Shown: positions 39,691 to 54,686, counted from the stretch's first letter. The stretch: 64,000 nt of DNA from Chrysomallon squamiferum (GCA_012295275.1 CM022668.1:16182001-16246000), one strand, 5' to 3'. The notes: a model not told the origin generated them from the sequence alone. Translations and numbers: made by a program.

Positions 39691-41262
39691 TCAGTCTGTT
39701 AAGTTTGAATAATTAAGTAAAATTTCTGCTAAGACTCTTTGAGAACCGTAAATTTCTGACCACGAGCTGACACAGTCGTCGAACTCATCACGTGACAGGT
39801 TGACGTCACATGTTCTTTTAGAATGAATGTTGTATAGTCCAGTATCAGTGGCTCGAAAAATAGTTAAACCCTTTTTTATGTTCCTTTCTATGAAGTTGTC
39901 GCTGTCTCTTTCCCAGCTCTCAATTTCCATATCATTTTTATACACTCCAACAATATTGTTCCTAGAATGACGCCAAGTTCCATAGTCTTGATCAAAATTA
40001 AACTTTATTTTGTCATCAAAACAGTCTGGATTACTGAAACAAATTGTGTTCGGATCGTACTGTGAGAAGTAAACAGGAAAATAGACTTGTTTACCAAGTT
40101 TTGTGTTTAGAAAAACTCGGTGTAAAAATTCTCCTGTAAGACGCATATCAACATCCATGATAACGACCAGTGAGTTTGGAGAGAGATTTTCTAATCCTTT
40201 TTTCATTGCTTTAGCGCGAGAAAAGTCTTCTGTCATCTGAAGTATTTTTATTTTCAAATTTTTACTTTTATTCTTCAGTTTATTAATACAACGTTTCATC
40301 AAAAAATATTCATTTCTATTGTTTTTAGGTGTGACGACGTTCAAAATTATGTTATGCGAATAATAATTAGAAACAGCAACATTTAATGACTGAAGAAATC
40401 CAGAACACGATTTTGTATACTTGTACATGGGTAATATCACATACATATCGGAATAGTTAAGTTCTGTGGTATTTTCGGTTACCTCCCCTGGCAGAAATCG
40501 CCGAACTGCTTCCCGAGCCCGATATTTCGACTTGTTCTTTACAACCGTGACGTTTCTTAATCCGAAAGTAACTGCTAGACTTTCGTAAAAGAAACTTGAT
40601 ACATATGACTTTCCTTCCTTAACAAAGGTTTTTAATCTGACATTCCTTTTTTCCCTCCGAGCTTTCATAAAAGTCTTTTGATTGAGAAGTTGATGTGAGT
40701 GTTCATTTCCAGACTTAATAAAATTCCACACTTCCGGTTCTTGACTTCCGTAGTTTTGCATGAACTTCCTGTCAGCGTATTTCCATTCATTTATCATTTG
40801 ACGTGTGTCGTTGAGTTGCAGCTGACTTATCATTTTGTTCAACACGTCCACAGAGTCCTGTAGTCGTACTGCTTGTAGTTTTAACTGTGAAAGATCCTGA
40901 AGGCTATAGAGGTTGTGTAGTTTGTACACTTTACCCGGTTCTTTAATAGGATGCATCGTCAGAGCCGAGGGAAAGGCTCCAGGTATCCAGTTTTTCAGAG
41001 AGTTGTTTTGATAAAACAGACGTTGAAACTGGAAAGAAAAAGAAGACAATTAAATATATATATATTTTTTTTTTTTTTAGCAGTAAGTATGAAGACAGCA
41101 GGAAATTGTCTTTAGTGATAAATAGAAAGAGCATGGATAAATTTCCATGTTGTTCTTTTATTTCAAAAGAGATTGAATAAAATAACCAAATAAACAAAAG
41201 CCAACAGAGAAAGAAAGAAAGAAAAAAGCAGATATACAAACAATCAAACAAACAAATAATAA

Positions 41263-41305
<43 letters not shown>

Positions 41306-42038
41306 AAAGTTTAACCTCAAAACTAAGTGTACAGGATAAGCCACATCTGTGATAAACACATCTGCCGAGTTCCGTGTCTTCGTGTGACGTCACTGTGTTG
41401 TTTAGACAAGACGTAATTCCTGGAACCAGTTGCCTTAAAGTATTCCTAGAAAAAACAATTCCTGGACCACCGAGACAGTAATACGTATTCAGTCCTAACT
41501 TTCTTCTTTCATTTTTTCTTCCTAAAGCAGGCTGACCCATGTACAGTTCCCTGGAACTATTTACAGAGCGTAGGAATCTCTCCAGTGATCTTGGTTTCAT
41601 AAACATATCATCGTCTGCTCGCATGAACCACTCGAATTTGTCCAAGTAATTATCATGCATGTACTTTATCACAGAGAAACATTTCTTCTGTGGTGGATAA
41701 ACTTCGTCAAATACATCATCCAACGTAACAACAGGTAAGTTTCCACGATATTTATCTCCCTTTTCCTATAAAGAACGTCAGCTTTCCCGATATTTTAGGA
41801 ATTAACTTCCCCCAAGTACGTTCAATGGCTTCTACTCGTGTGATTAAGTTTTTCTTGTAGTCATGACAGCAATGAAAATAAAAGATTCTTGGAAGCGTTT
41901 CAGACTTCGTGAATCATTCGAATAAAGATGAACGTTTGATCTCAGACAGATGAGTTTAAATAATAAATAATTTCCAAAAATGAAGCCCAACAAGAATCCA
42001 AACAAAAACAACAAAAGACTGATTTTAAACCTTTCCAT
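39691..42038 (-). CDS. Chondroitin sulfate synthase 1-like paralog C (about 686 aa), recent duplicate of B; two compensating frameshifts in exon 1
   Basis: Exons 42038-41316 (723 nt, same as B) and 41028-39691. There is a -1 indel at the T-run 41849-41853 and a +1 indel at 41758-41764, with a stop between them in the shifted frame. Motif pattern is the same as B (GT31 intact, GWGxED lost). Confidence 0.82.
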
Positions 42039-42952
42039 ATTTAAACGTCACGTTTGTTTTTCGCTGATTCTGAGAGAGAGAAAAAATAAAATTATATACG
42101 TTTATATATATATATCTATTTGTCTGTCTGTCCATCTATCTATCTATAGATGTGTGTTTGTCGTGTGCGTGCATCCGTGAATGTGTGAGTATGTGTGAAA
42201 TGAAAAAGTAGATGTGCTTCGTTTTGTTGTTGTTACAGTAATATTATTATTATTATTATTATAGTTATTAAACATTTTATCCTGAACTCTCACAATTAAA
42301 TTTTAAAATAGTAATGACTCGTATCTCAAAACTTAAAAACAAAGCAGGAAAAGTTTAACCTTGAATTAATTATATTTCACTTATACTCTCACCTTCGTGT
42401 TTTTGAAAACATTTTTTCTGTAGAAATTAAAAATCCTGTGCAGAAACTTGCTTTAATTTGGCTTAGCAGAGCCAGCCGGAGATGACATAAAAGAATGCAG
42501 ATGCTTTGATTTCTATTAGTTGACTAAGAGACAACGAAAGATGAAATAAAAATGATAAAACAATCCAGATAAATGGTAAACTAGGACTAATCTGTTTGTT
42601 CTGATCGTGATAAAAGGAACGTGCTACAGCAGATGTTGAAAATCGATTGAATTTACCTTGCTATGCTTAATTCGCTTCTTTGGCATAACGACAGGGTGTG
42701 ACTCGAAAAGATTTGTTTTGTGATGCAAATCTGCTGTTCTCATGTAGATATATTTTCTAGGACAACGTATTTGTATATGTGTTATTTTGTATGGGTGTGT
42801 CTGCTTTTGTGTGTGTACTTCTTGTGTGTGTTTGTGGGGAATTGTATAATGTATGTATGTCTCTGCATGGGTATGTTAATCATTAATAATATTTATCGCT
42901 TCTGTATGTAAATTCAGTTTGAAATAACTAGAGAATTGTGATGAATTGTGCT

Positions 42953-42961
42953 GAGAGAGAG

Positions 42962-43042
<81 letters not shown>

Positions 43043-43077
43043 TAGATAGAGAGAGAGAGAGAAGACAGAGAGAGAGA

Positions 43078-43159
<82 letters not shown>

Positions 43160-43160
43160 T
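42953..43160. repeat. (GA)n/(GATA)n microsatellite
   Basis: Directly visible. It is absent from the duplicated copy near 35430, so it expanded or was deleted after the duplication. Other GA/CT tracts at 27866-27928, 48456-48555, 49148-49230 and 57685-57770. Confidence 0.9.
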
Positions 43161-43268
43161 ATGAAGGTAGAGAGGTCGAGGATATACATGTGTATCTATC
43201 TATCTCTCTATCTATATATCTATCTATCTATGTATGTATATATAATTTCTCTATATATGAAACGAATA

Positions 43269-44013
43269 CAGTGGTACCTTGACTTACGAGTGCACCAAGT
43301 TATGAGTTTTCAGAGTTACGAGTAGTGTTCCGATGATTTTTTGCGTTGAGTTGCGAGCCACTATACGAGCTAGTTGGCACAACGAACAACTCAACATCCG
43401 CCCAACATCCCTCGTCTCACTTGTTTGGTTCACCTGGCTACCTCGCCGTGGAAGCATCTCCCTTGTGTTGAGCTCGCGTTTTGTGCAGTATTTTGCTAAA
43501 TTTATTTTTTCTGACCACGGATCCTAAGAAAGTGAGTGCAAAGGACAGTGCTGAGAAGAAGAAGCGGACGATGTTCATTGAATTAAAGCATGAAATCATA
43601 GAAAAACTTGCCAGCTGTGTGTGTAGTCGACATGGCTAGGCAGTACGATCATAGTACTTCAAAGATGTGTACCATACTGAAACAGAAGGATTCGATAAAG
43701 GCTACAACTCCAACCAAAGCGTTAAAATAATTTCTAAGCTGCGGGCCTCTGTCCATGAAAACGTGGAGAAACCCTAACCCTGTACACTTTACAAAACCAA
43801 TTTATTTCTTTACATTCTCTTTTATTTTGTTTTTATACTTGTATTTATCACTTATAATAACATTTTTATTATTCAAAAACACGTTAACAAAAAATGGGGG
43901 TAATTTTGGGGGGATTAATGGTATTTCAATAAATTTTAGTTGGGAAAACTGATTTGATATACGAGCAAATTGAATCACGAAACGAATTAAACTCGTAAGT
44001 CTAGGTACCTCTG
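43269..44013 (+). mobile_element. Internally deleted Tigger/pogo-family DNA transposon, copy 2 (both TIRs present)
   Basis: TA then 5' TIR cagtggtaccttgacttacgagt; 3' TIR actcgtaagtctaggtacctctg. Internal remnant DPKKVSAKDSAEKKKRTMFIELKHEIIEKLA..MARQY..MCTILKQKDSIK; the DDE domain is absent. Confidence 0.85.
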
Positions 44014-44377
44014 TTTATATTTGACAAATAGGTCATGATTATCTAGCTCAGTATCAGAATTACAGCCTGTACATTTGTAGCCTCAATATGTGTGTATATA
44101 TTTATTTGTATCTTTATCTTACCATATTCGCAGTCAGTGAGGATGAGTTCCAGCAATTTGAAGATGTTGTTGATAGCATTTCCATAGCAACGAAGAATCA
44201 TTACTTTGTATTTTTAAATATCCATCTTCAATGTTAGTAACTAAATAAATAAATAATTAAAATAAATAATAAATAAATTAATAAATAAAACAAATAACAA
44301 ATAACAAATAAATAAATAAATAAATAAAACAAATCAAAATAAATTAACATATAAAACTATCAAAAGGTTTGCCGTAT

Positions 44378-47010
44378 TTATTTGATGTTTGTTTTATTGA
44401 AGATAATATTAAACAAAACAGACTGAGATCCGTACAGTACATCACGTGATCGAATACACATTCTGAACTGGTCACGTGGTAGGCTTATGTCACAGATCTT
44501 GCTATGGTAGCGGTGCACTAAAGCCGGGTCGGTCGTTCTGAACACTGATAATCCGCTTTTGACGCATTTCTCACAGAAATCGGCGTCTTCCTTTCCCCAC
44601 CCTTGTATTAACGCGTTGAAATTCCCCACCTTCAACACATCGCTCTTGTACACGCCTACAATACCAAAACCGAAATAGCGCCAAGTCCCGCGTTCTTGGT
44701 CAAAATTAAAGGTTGTAGTGTTGGGTGCACATTCCTGTTTGACAGAGCACAGTAGAGATGGGTCGTATTCGGTGAATGTTACAGGGAAATAGGCTCGTTT
44801 GCCTAACTCGGTGTTCAGGAACACTCTTTGTAAAAAATCAGATGTAAAATGCATGTCCACGTCTGTTATCAGAGTCAGGGAATTCAAAGAGAGGTTTTCT
44901 AAACCCTTTTTGATTGCTTTAGCCCTAGCAAAAGCTCCTGCTTCCATCAAAATTTCAATTTTAAGTGCTCTGTGTTTGGTTTTCATGTTGTTAATGTACT
45001 TAATCGAAGTCAGATATTCGTTAATTCCATCTCTGTAGAGTACAACTCGTAACACAACAGAACCACCAAAATTAGAAATAGCCACATCCAGCGATTTCAG
45101 AAATCTGTGTAAAGTATTTGATCGTCCGTGAAGTGGCAATATTAGAAATATTATTGTGTCTTTGTATGTGAACGAAGTCATAGACTCAGTTATTTCAAAA
45201 GGTTGAAAAGTTCGTGTTGTCAGGTATGTTCTGAAAGAAACGTTTTTCTGTCCTGTTACAAAAATATGTTGAAGTCCAGAACCGATTTTGAAATTTTCAT
45301 AAAAATGAACAACCACATCAGATTTCAGTCCAAGATTGCGTAATGACATCATAGAAGCCGATATTCCTATTTTCCGTCTGTTTTGAATTTTTTCAAACGG
45401 TTTTTCAAACAAGTTTCTGTGAGAATACACTAAACTGGATCTTACGAAATGCCAGATGATTTCTTCCCCAAGCGGTTTGAGTTTATTTACAAACTCTTCA
45501 CAAAATATTTGTTTATTTTCATCCATTGTCATTTGTAGAAGTCGATTGTTTGTTTTTAGTATTACGTCATCTAGCTGGGATAACTTCTTTCTAAGCTGTA
45601 TGATGTTTGTAATGTGAAAATAGGTCTGTAGATTATAGAAAAAGTTATCCTGCTTTACAGGGTAGACAGTTAGCGCGTTACTCAACCTTTTGTCAAATTT
45701 TTCATTAACTGAAAACTTGTCACCATTATACTTCTGATAAAACAGCTTAGTAAACTGAAATTGTAAATAAATAAACTAAAATCAGTTTTAAATAAAACAA
45801 AGTGAATAAAATAAAATAAGATAAATAAATAAACAAATAAATATATACATAAACAAATAAATAAATAAATAAGTAAGTAAATAAATAATAAATAAATAAA
45901 TTTAAAAAAAAGTAATAAATAAAAAAATAAATAAAAATAAAAAATAAAAATATATAGTATGCCTGAATGAGCGCGGATAGGTTATAATTATGTGTAGGTT
46001 TATACCTCACTGCATGTATTCATTTATAATCATATGCATATTTACTATGCATACTTATGTATGTGTACATATGTTTATGTTTGGATATATGTATATAATA
46101 TATCTGTGTGGATGCATCTACGTGTGTATGTTTTGTACGTGTTTACATATCTATACGGATATGTGTGTGTGTGTGTGTGTGTGTGTGTTTGTGGATGTTT
46201 GTGTATATGTGTCCATGTCTAAATGAAAGGACGTATTGCTCCTATATGGAGTAATAAAACAGTTAAACATTACAAAGAAATTTAATATTAGTTTTTAAGC
46301 ACAAAACAAACATTAATAAAATGTTACCTCTTCAGTAGTCGTACAGACAATTTCTTGTTTGTGTGTATCGCATGTCTCACTAGTATTACACGATGTCACC
46401 AAGTCGTTTGAAAATATCCTTCTCACTGTTTCTTTAGAGTAGATGCTCCCTGAACTCTGAATACAATCAGCAAAACTGTCTTGTTTAGATTTGTTGTCTT
46501 CATTAACCTCGTGTCTTATAACGTGAGGTTTGGTGCTGTTCATCGAACGTAGAAAAAGATCCAGGTGTTTATATCTGACAAATGTATCAGCATCTGCGGT
46601 CATGAACCATTCAAAGACGTCTTCGTAATTATCATGCATGTATTTCAACATGGAAAAATGCTTTTGTCGAGTGGACGTTTTTTCAGATATATCGCTTAAG
46701 ACCACTACCGGAAGATTTCCAGAATGTTTTTCGCTCTTTTCTGTGAATTGTATTATCATACCTGGTATTTGTCTCGCCCACGTATCAAATATCACTGCTG
46801 AACGATTTCTAAGATTAGTTCTAGATGTCATGAGACCAATTAACAGAAATTTTTCTTTAATTTGTAAATGTGTGTCTCGTGTTTTATTTCGACCTGCGTA
46901 TGCTCTGAAACACGACAGTTTATGAAATGTTAAGGATAAAATGTTTACTAAGCACGTACCAAGGACTAACCCAGAAAGAAAGTACAAAAAGGTTTTCCAA
47001 ACAGTTTCAT
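44378..47010 (-). CDS. Chondroitin sulfate synthase 1-like paralog D (about 686 aa); GT31 degenerate, GT7 intact
   Basis: Exons 47010-46328 and 45754-44378. The ATG at 47010 needs +1 in the A5 run 46986-46990 to give MKLFGKPFLYFLSG. The N-domain reads WFMTADAD and CIQSSGS and has no HEDxELG. The C-domain has DVDMHF, WRYFGFGI, IQGWGKEDADF and HRYH. Confidence 0.85.
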
Positions 47011-47832
47011 GTTTTTTTGCGTTCTTATTTTCAGTCAGTAAATTTGAATATTCTCAGTTTATTTGTTTTAAAAAGACTTCGATGCAAACTTTTTTTTTTT
47101 TTTTTTAATTCAGTTTTAGTTAACTGTTCCTGTAAAAAAAACGAAGTATAAAACTCCAAAGTGTCACATTAACATGTTTTGTGAATAATATTTTTTATTT
47201 ATTTAGTAACGACATAAATAGTTACTTTTAATGCGTTCGACTTTTTAAATACATTTTAAATTTGTTTGATAATCGTAAAAAGGTATCGTCAACTTTGTTC
47301 AGGTACTGTGTTATCAAACACTTTTAACAGAAGAGTATAAAGATAAAAAAAAAATAAAAAATAAAAATAAATAAAAAATAAATAGGAAAAGTAAAAGAAA
47401 AAGTAAAACCAGAAATTGTTAAAAGAGCCTGGTTTGCAAAATATCTCAACAACTTTGACGGATTTCTGCTTGTAACAATTTTACAGATTTGCCACAAATG
47501 TAGAAGTAATAAAAATTAGGCATTTACTTAACTGTTAGACAGTTTGAAAAAAGTTATATTTTCAAAGATGTTACAACGCAACCGATTACTTACCTTCGTG
47601 TCGGGTTTATGAAGACAACAACGCTTCTCTGGTATTGAGTTTCATCTTCCTGTTCTTTTTTTCTTTCAGTCGTGTATGTTACACTACAGTGCTCACGTGA
47701 CGAGGTGAGGGGTGAGCTATTTCAGGTGCGGAGGGGGTAATGGAGTTATGGAATGTTACCTTTGAAAATAGGTCAATATGTTTTTTTATTCTTTTCTTCC
47801 TTTATTTTTTTTCTGCTTGTAGAAAACCATTT

Positions 47833-47869
<37 letters not shown>

Positions 47870-47953
47870 CTGTTTTTGCTTGGTTGAATTTCACACTAGC
47901 GAGTGATTTGTTGGGTTATTAAATACAAATATTTTTGGGTGGAGAAAATGTAT

Positions 47954-47988
<35 letters not shown>

Positions 47989-48453
47989 TTATTATTATTA
48001 TTATTTATAAAGAATACAAAGAGCTGTAATAAAGAATAAATGAATGAATGAATGAATAGACAAATGAATAAATAAATATAACTTAAATAAATAAATAAAT
48101 AAGTAAATAAGTAAATAAATAAGTAAACGACGACAACAACAACATGAACAACATCCAGAAACAAGAACCAACAACGACGCCAGCAGGAACAATAAAATAT
48201 GTATTGGTTTATTAATAGTGATATACGTATTTCTGTATTGTTTCTCACGATACTAAAAAAGCTACAAGAAAGTGTACTTTTTAAAATTTTATATTTTCTT
48301 ATTATTTTCGATTGTACTGAAGAAAATAAAAGAAGAAGTAATTATATAGGTAAGTAAATATATAAATAAGTAAATAAATAATAATTTTTTAAAAATAATT
48401 TTGAAGTCTACATATGCATCATAAGTGCTCTGTTAATATGACATTTAAAACTG

Positions 48454-48557
<104 letters not shown>

Positions 48558-49135
48558 TGTCCTGTACGTGTGTCAGGTCACAGCTTGTTATTTTATTTTA
48601 CAATTTTCTCTTTCTTACGAGTAGTCTGAGAGCGTCAAGCTCTGATTGAAGAAAAGAAAAACCAACTTAAAATTTGTTAACCCGTATTTCCTTCTTCTTT
48701 TCTGTCTTTCCTTCTCTTTTCGTTCTTTCTTCCTTCCTTTCTTTCTTTTAATTATTATTACCGTATAATAAATCTTACACGCGACATATCTTTTAAACCG
48801 ACGATTATCGATTAGTAGCCTTAGTCAGATGACCACAGGTCAGTGGTAGTTTCTACAGCATGATGTGAGTGACCACAGACGTCATTTTCTAAGAAGAAGG
48901 CGTATCTGTGTCTATGTCTGTGTGTATGTCTAGACATGTGTGCGTGCGTGTGCGTGCCTCTTTGTGTATTTTTGTGCGTGTATGTGTACGTTTAGATTTA
49001 TATATATATATATATATGCATGTAAGTATGTATGCTATGTTTGAATGCATTTAGTCAAACGTTTTGTACTTTTTTGTGTATTTATGACTGTGTAATTATC
49101 TATAAGTATGTGTATGTGTATATGTTTGTGTGTGC

Positions 49136-49235
<100 letters not shown>

Positions 49236-50006
49236 CGCAGTATATGATAAAATACGCTTTGTTTATGTGTTATCTTAAGAGTTTTGTAAAGGTGATGTAA
49301 GTCATGTATTTGAAAACACGGTTGTAACGTGATGTGATCATGTCAAACATTCATCACTTCACAGTGGGTGAACAACAAAGCCGAGAAAACCCAGTCGTTA
49401 ATAATTTATTTTAAAATTTCTTATACACCGCGTGAGATTAATTCAGAAAAGAAGAAGAAGAAGGAGATACTATTTCTTTATTCATTCATTCGATTTGCTT
49501 TAATTTTTAGTTTTAGAACTGATTTTACTTACACAAAAAACTAAAACGTCTGATTAATACCGTTGTTCACCATCTGTGGTTTTATTTATTGATTTTATTA
49601 TTATTATTTTTTTTTTTTTTTCTTCTATTTTTCGCCAGGGGCTCCGTGGAGTTGGGAAAGCCCCTCCCATAAACAGCCCCTGGGTCTATATTTGTTAATA
49701 TGAAGCAAGATCTGGCAGTTTCTTGGATCAGTCGATTTGTAAATGAGACTTAGTGGATTCTTCTACAAGTCATAATCACACACTTTACCACATTGTGACA
49801 ACTGTAATCCATTACTGACTGTAATTTCTTTTTCTATTTTGTTTTCTCAATTTTTAAATCAATTAATTAATTAATTAATTTGTTTGTTTATTTAATTCTT
49901 TATTTGTTTGTTTGTTTATTTTTTTTATTTTATTTTATTTTATTTAAATTTATTTTATTTATTTATTTATAGTTATATTTTTATTTATATTTATAAAATT
50001 TTATAT

Positions 50007-50045
<39 letters not shown>

Positions 50046-50626
50046 TTTTATTATTTATTTTACTTTTTGATATTATAACATTACGATTTTTGAAATTTCA
50101 GTAATAGTTTACTGACACGATTACAGTTAGTATGTTATGTTGAGGTTCTGTTGTGTATTGATCAGTAATAAAATAAAACAGGTTTTAGATTTTATCTCGT
50201 ATTTTGATTGCTTTGGTGACAGTTCGTCACCTGTGAAGTTGTTTATTACAAAATTACACTTTTAAAACTTCAACTGTACCTTAACTTTATCTACAATCCA
50301 AAGCAAAATTTAAAAAAAAAATATTATAATAATAATAATAATAATAATAAAAAAATATATATAAATACACAATATAAAATAAAATAATAACAGCAATAAC
50401 AAAAATAACAAAAATATAAATCAGATCAAAGCATTAATATGTTCATTCTCCTGTATTTTCTTTTCGTTATTTATATCATAGTTTTTCATGGTGTTTTTAT
50501 TCTTATTATTTTTGTGGTGGTCATTGTCATTTTTATTGTTGTTGCTGTTATTGTTCTTCTTATTGTTGTTGTTTTTATTTTTTTTTATTGTTATTGTTAT
50601 TATCATCATCATCATCATCATCATCA

Positions 50627-50661
<35 letters not shown>

Positions 50662-50749
50662 TATTATTATTGTTACTTCATATGTTGTTGATGTTGAAAT
50701 AATTGTTATAGTTATTTTAATTTTTTTAAAATGTGTTCTTTATGAATAT

Positions 50750-53183
50750 TCATACACCTGTCATATTAAAAACAATATCTGATAACACAGATTGCGATCC
50801 AAACAACGCTTCTCGGGACTGCGTACACATTTTAAACTGGTCACGTGGTAGTCTGACGTCACATACTCTGTCATGATGCACGTGCAGTAAGCCGGGGTCC
50901 ACAGAACGAAATACTGCTACGTCATGTTTAAGACACTTTTCAAAGAAGTCTGTATCCTCCTTCCCCATCCCTTCTATCAGTGTATTAAACCCTCCCACGT
51001 CTGTGACGTCACTTTTGTAAACTCCCACAATTCCATAACTAAAATGGCGCCAAGTTCCGTAATCCTGATTGAAGTGGAAGCTGGTTTTGTTATCAAAACA
51101 GTCTGGATGACTAAAACAAATTGTGTTCGGATCGTACTGTGAGAAGTAAATAGGAAAATAGACTTGTTTACCAAGTTTTGTGTTTAGAAAAACTCGGTGT
51201 AAAAATTCTCCTGTAAGACGCATATCAACATCCATGACAACGACCAGTGAGTTTGGAGAGAGATTTTCTAATCCTTTTTCATTGCTTTAGCGCGAGAAAA
51301 GTCTTCTGTCATCTGAATCACTTGGATTTTAAGGTTTATGTTTGTATAATTAACTGCATTAATGTAGTTCAGAGTGAACATATATTCATTAAGGTTATCT
51401 TTGTATATGACAACTATTAGATACACAAATAAGTGTTTGTTAGAAACTGCAATACTTAACGATTTTAGGAATCTTACGAAAGTTTTAGAACGCTTGTACA
51501 ATGGTAAAATCATGTAGATGACGTCATTGTTTGAATATTCAGCAACGATTTCCTTTATTTCGATTGGCTGGAAAGGCTGAACTGTAAGAAAAGATTTCAG
51601 AGACATTATGTTTTCAACTGTCAGTATATGTTTCAGTCCAGAGCGTGTGCTTACATTTTCATACGCGAAGAGAAATTTGAAGGATTTCATTCTTAGACGA
51701 TTCAATGAGTGTCTGGAAACTGAAAATCCAAGATGTCTTCCACGTGTACGTAATCGTTGAAACGGCTTTTGAAATGGATCTTTAGTCGAGTATACAAACT
51801 TCTGTCGAATAAAATTCCAAATGTCCGTCCCTCTGTACTCGTTGCTGTATTCGTTATTAATTTTTGAATACTTCTGATTGACATTTTGTTGAGAAAGATA
51901 ATTATTTATATTCGACACAGTTTCTTCGAGATGTGATAATTTTCTTTTGAGTTGCACTATTTCCTTACTGTTGAAGAAATTGTGTAATCTGTACAAGTAA
52001 GGCGTTTTTTTAACAGGATGTAAAGTCAGCGCATGCGTCAGTTTGTTTTCTAATTTCCCTTGAACGAACCATTTTTTGCTCTGTAGTTTTGATAAAACAG
52101 TCTCTGAAACTTTTAAATAAAAAAAAAATAATAATAATAATCATAATATTAATAATAAATATTAATAAGACGAAGAAGTATTTTAAGAAGAAGAAGAAAA
52201 AAAAAGAAAAGAAGATAAGATATATGCACGTACATAGAAAAACACATGCCCATCCACAATACATATACATACGTACGTACTTACATATACATGCTTATAC
52301 ATAATCACACAGACGTATACACAAATATACACATTTGCACACACACACACATACAATTACTTTTAGACATATTTTCGTTGATGAAATGTGTAGAAGTCAG
52401 CTTACCTCGTGAGCGCACGTGCAGGACACTCGGACCTGTTCGTGGACACACCGACCAAGTTCCGTGTCCTCGTGTGACGTCACTGTGTTGTTTAGACAAG
52501 TGGACAGACCTGAAACTGTCAATCTGAGAGTTTCTCTAGTAAACAGGACGCCTGGTCCACCCAGACAGTAAAACGATCGTCCACTGCGAAGGCCCAGGTG
52601 ACCTCGCTCGTTAGGGACACCTAAACCAGGATGACCGACGTACAGACGTCTGGAACTGTTTACCGAGCGTAAGAACACCTCCAGATCTTTTGAGTTAACA
52701 AACAGATCGTCGTCTGCTCTCATGAACCACTCGAACTGGTGCAAGTAATTATCATGCATGTACTTCAACATAGAAAAAGATTTCTTCTGTGGTGGGTAAA
52801 CATCGTCAGATACATCGTCCAACACAACAACAGACAAGTTTCCAGTGTAGTTACCTCCCTTCCCTACAAAGGAAAACGACACGACCTGGTACTGACGGTG
52901 CCCAGGTAAGATTAATGGCAGCCGCTCTTGTTTCCAGATTCTCTCTAGTTGTCATGACAGCAACCAGCATGAAGAACTGTTCGTCTGTGTTTAGATTTTG
53001 TTTACTGTTGACGTGATGACTGAACACTCCTACACGCTGTACAGGTGGCGGTTTTAGACACAAGTTTCCGTGACGTTTCAAAACGACTAGTGAGAGTCTG
53101 CTAACCAGATACACACCTAACAGAAAACCACACACGAAACTGAACAAAGGAGAACAGCGCGTAAACCTTTTACATATTTTCAT
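50750..53183 (-). CDS. Chondroitin sulfate synthase 1-like paralog E (about 712 aa); three apparent single-base frameshifts (pseudogene or assembly errors)
   Basis: Exons 53183-52406 and 52109-50750. Indels at 52871-52872 (+1), ~52054-52059 (-1) and 51275-51279 (-1). After correction: WFMRADDD, YCLGGPG, SHEDTELGRC, LTLHPVK, DVDMR, GGFNTLIEGMGKED, HVHH. Confidence 0.8.
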
Positions 53184-54218
53184 GCTTCCTCTTCGTCTAG
53201 AATGATCAGAGTCAGTTAAAATTCATCATCCCATTTGTTGCACAGTGTGCTTCCAGGCAAAAGAACCGAAACTGAAAAACCCTAAACCGGCTGTTTTATT
53301 AAATGTTTGAAGAACGATGGAAACATGAAACTAAACGTCAGGGATACTCCGTGTCAGAGTCCTGCGTATTAATTAATGGATGTCTTCAGTTTTATTCCAC
53401 ACTGAAAATCTAAACTCTACAGCCGATGTTATAAAAACAGTATCCACGCTATAGTCACACCAAATCATTTCTGAAAGCCGTGACTACCAAAACGTCACTG
53501 GATGAGAAGACTAAACCATTTTGTACTGTTTTATTTATTACTTGTTTTCTCTTTTATGATTATATATATATATATATATATATGATGACACAATATCCTC
53601 TGTGTATGTCTAGTAATTTAAACTATTCCAAAAATGAATTATCAAACAGTGAAAGTACATGTAATAACATACATATGGCGCATATGAGCAAAACCAAACG
53701 CTTCAGTTTGATATTATATTGCAAGTCTGATAAACCTCGGTTAGATGATTTGTATTTAGCTCAGTGTAAACAGAAAATTAATTTCTTTATTAGATATAAA
53801 TCACATATTTATTATCATTGTTCAGTCTGTTCGGCGAAGAAACAATTGTTTCTTTCATCGTTAATGTAAGATAATAAAGCTGCCCTTTCTAAAGTATGAA
53901 CGGAAAAAAAAAAGGACTTATAATATATACGGAAAATAATGTAGAATAATTACAAATTTTATTCGTCATTAACTAATTGTTATATTCCTATTGCTTGCAG
54001 TTATTGGATTTTAGATGAATTAAACACTGAAATGCATTCTGGTTCATTCACAATAACGTAATTATTTCCAGGTGTAATGAAATACTTTATTGGATTCCAA
54101 TTAAATCTCTGCATCTTTTTAATTACACATTTTTAGTCTATCGCGAATAGCAATTTCTCTTTTCACTTCTGTATCATAGCTGGTGCATTTATCACGGGTC
54201 ATTATGTGTGGTGCTATA

Positions 54219-54257
<39 letters not shown>

Positions 54258-54686
54258 TTCTTTTCTTTTTTATATGTAAAGCAGATTGCTAGGTTCTGGG
54301 ATCACATCCCGGGACAGTCAGATTAGTATTAGCACATCACAAATAACACTGATGTACGTACACTATCTTTGTGGACACACCCAAATGACACAGAATTTTA
54401 GGACTTTCGGAATCTCTGCCACAGATTCAGACTAGTGTAATATAGTCTTTGTTAAGCAGTAAATTTCATTCTGTACAAAGCAAGTTATTATCATCATCAT
54501 CATCATCGTTATTATCATAATTATTATTGTTGTTATTGTTGTTATTAGTTATTATTATTATTATCATTGGTGTGGTTGTTCTTCTTCTTGTTGTTGTTGT
54601 TTTATAGTTTATCCAGTAGATATATTGTCACTAAATGCAAAAATATATATTCGTGTTTACACAGTGATTTGTCTGTCTATATAGAT

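Noticed and set aside
41758-41853. Programmed ribosomal frameshifting in CHSY paralogs
   Set aside because: Indel positions differ between paralogs, show no shared slippery-site structure, and fit homopolymer errors.
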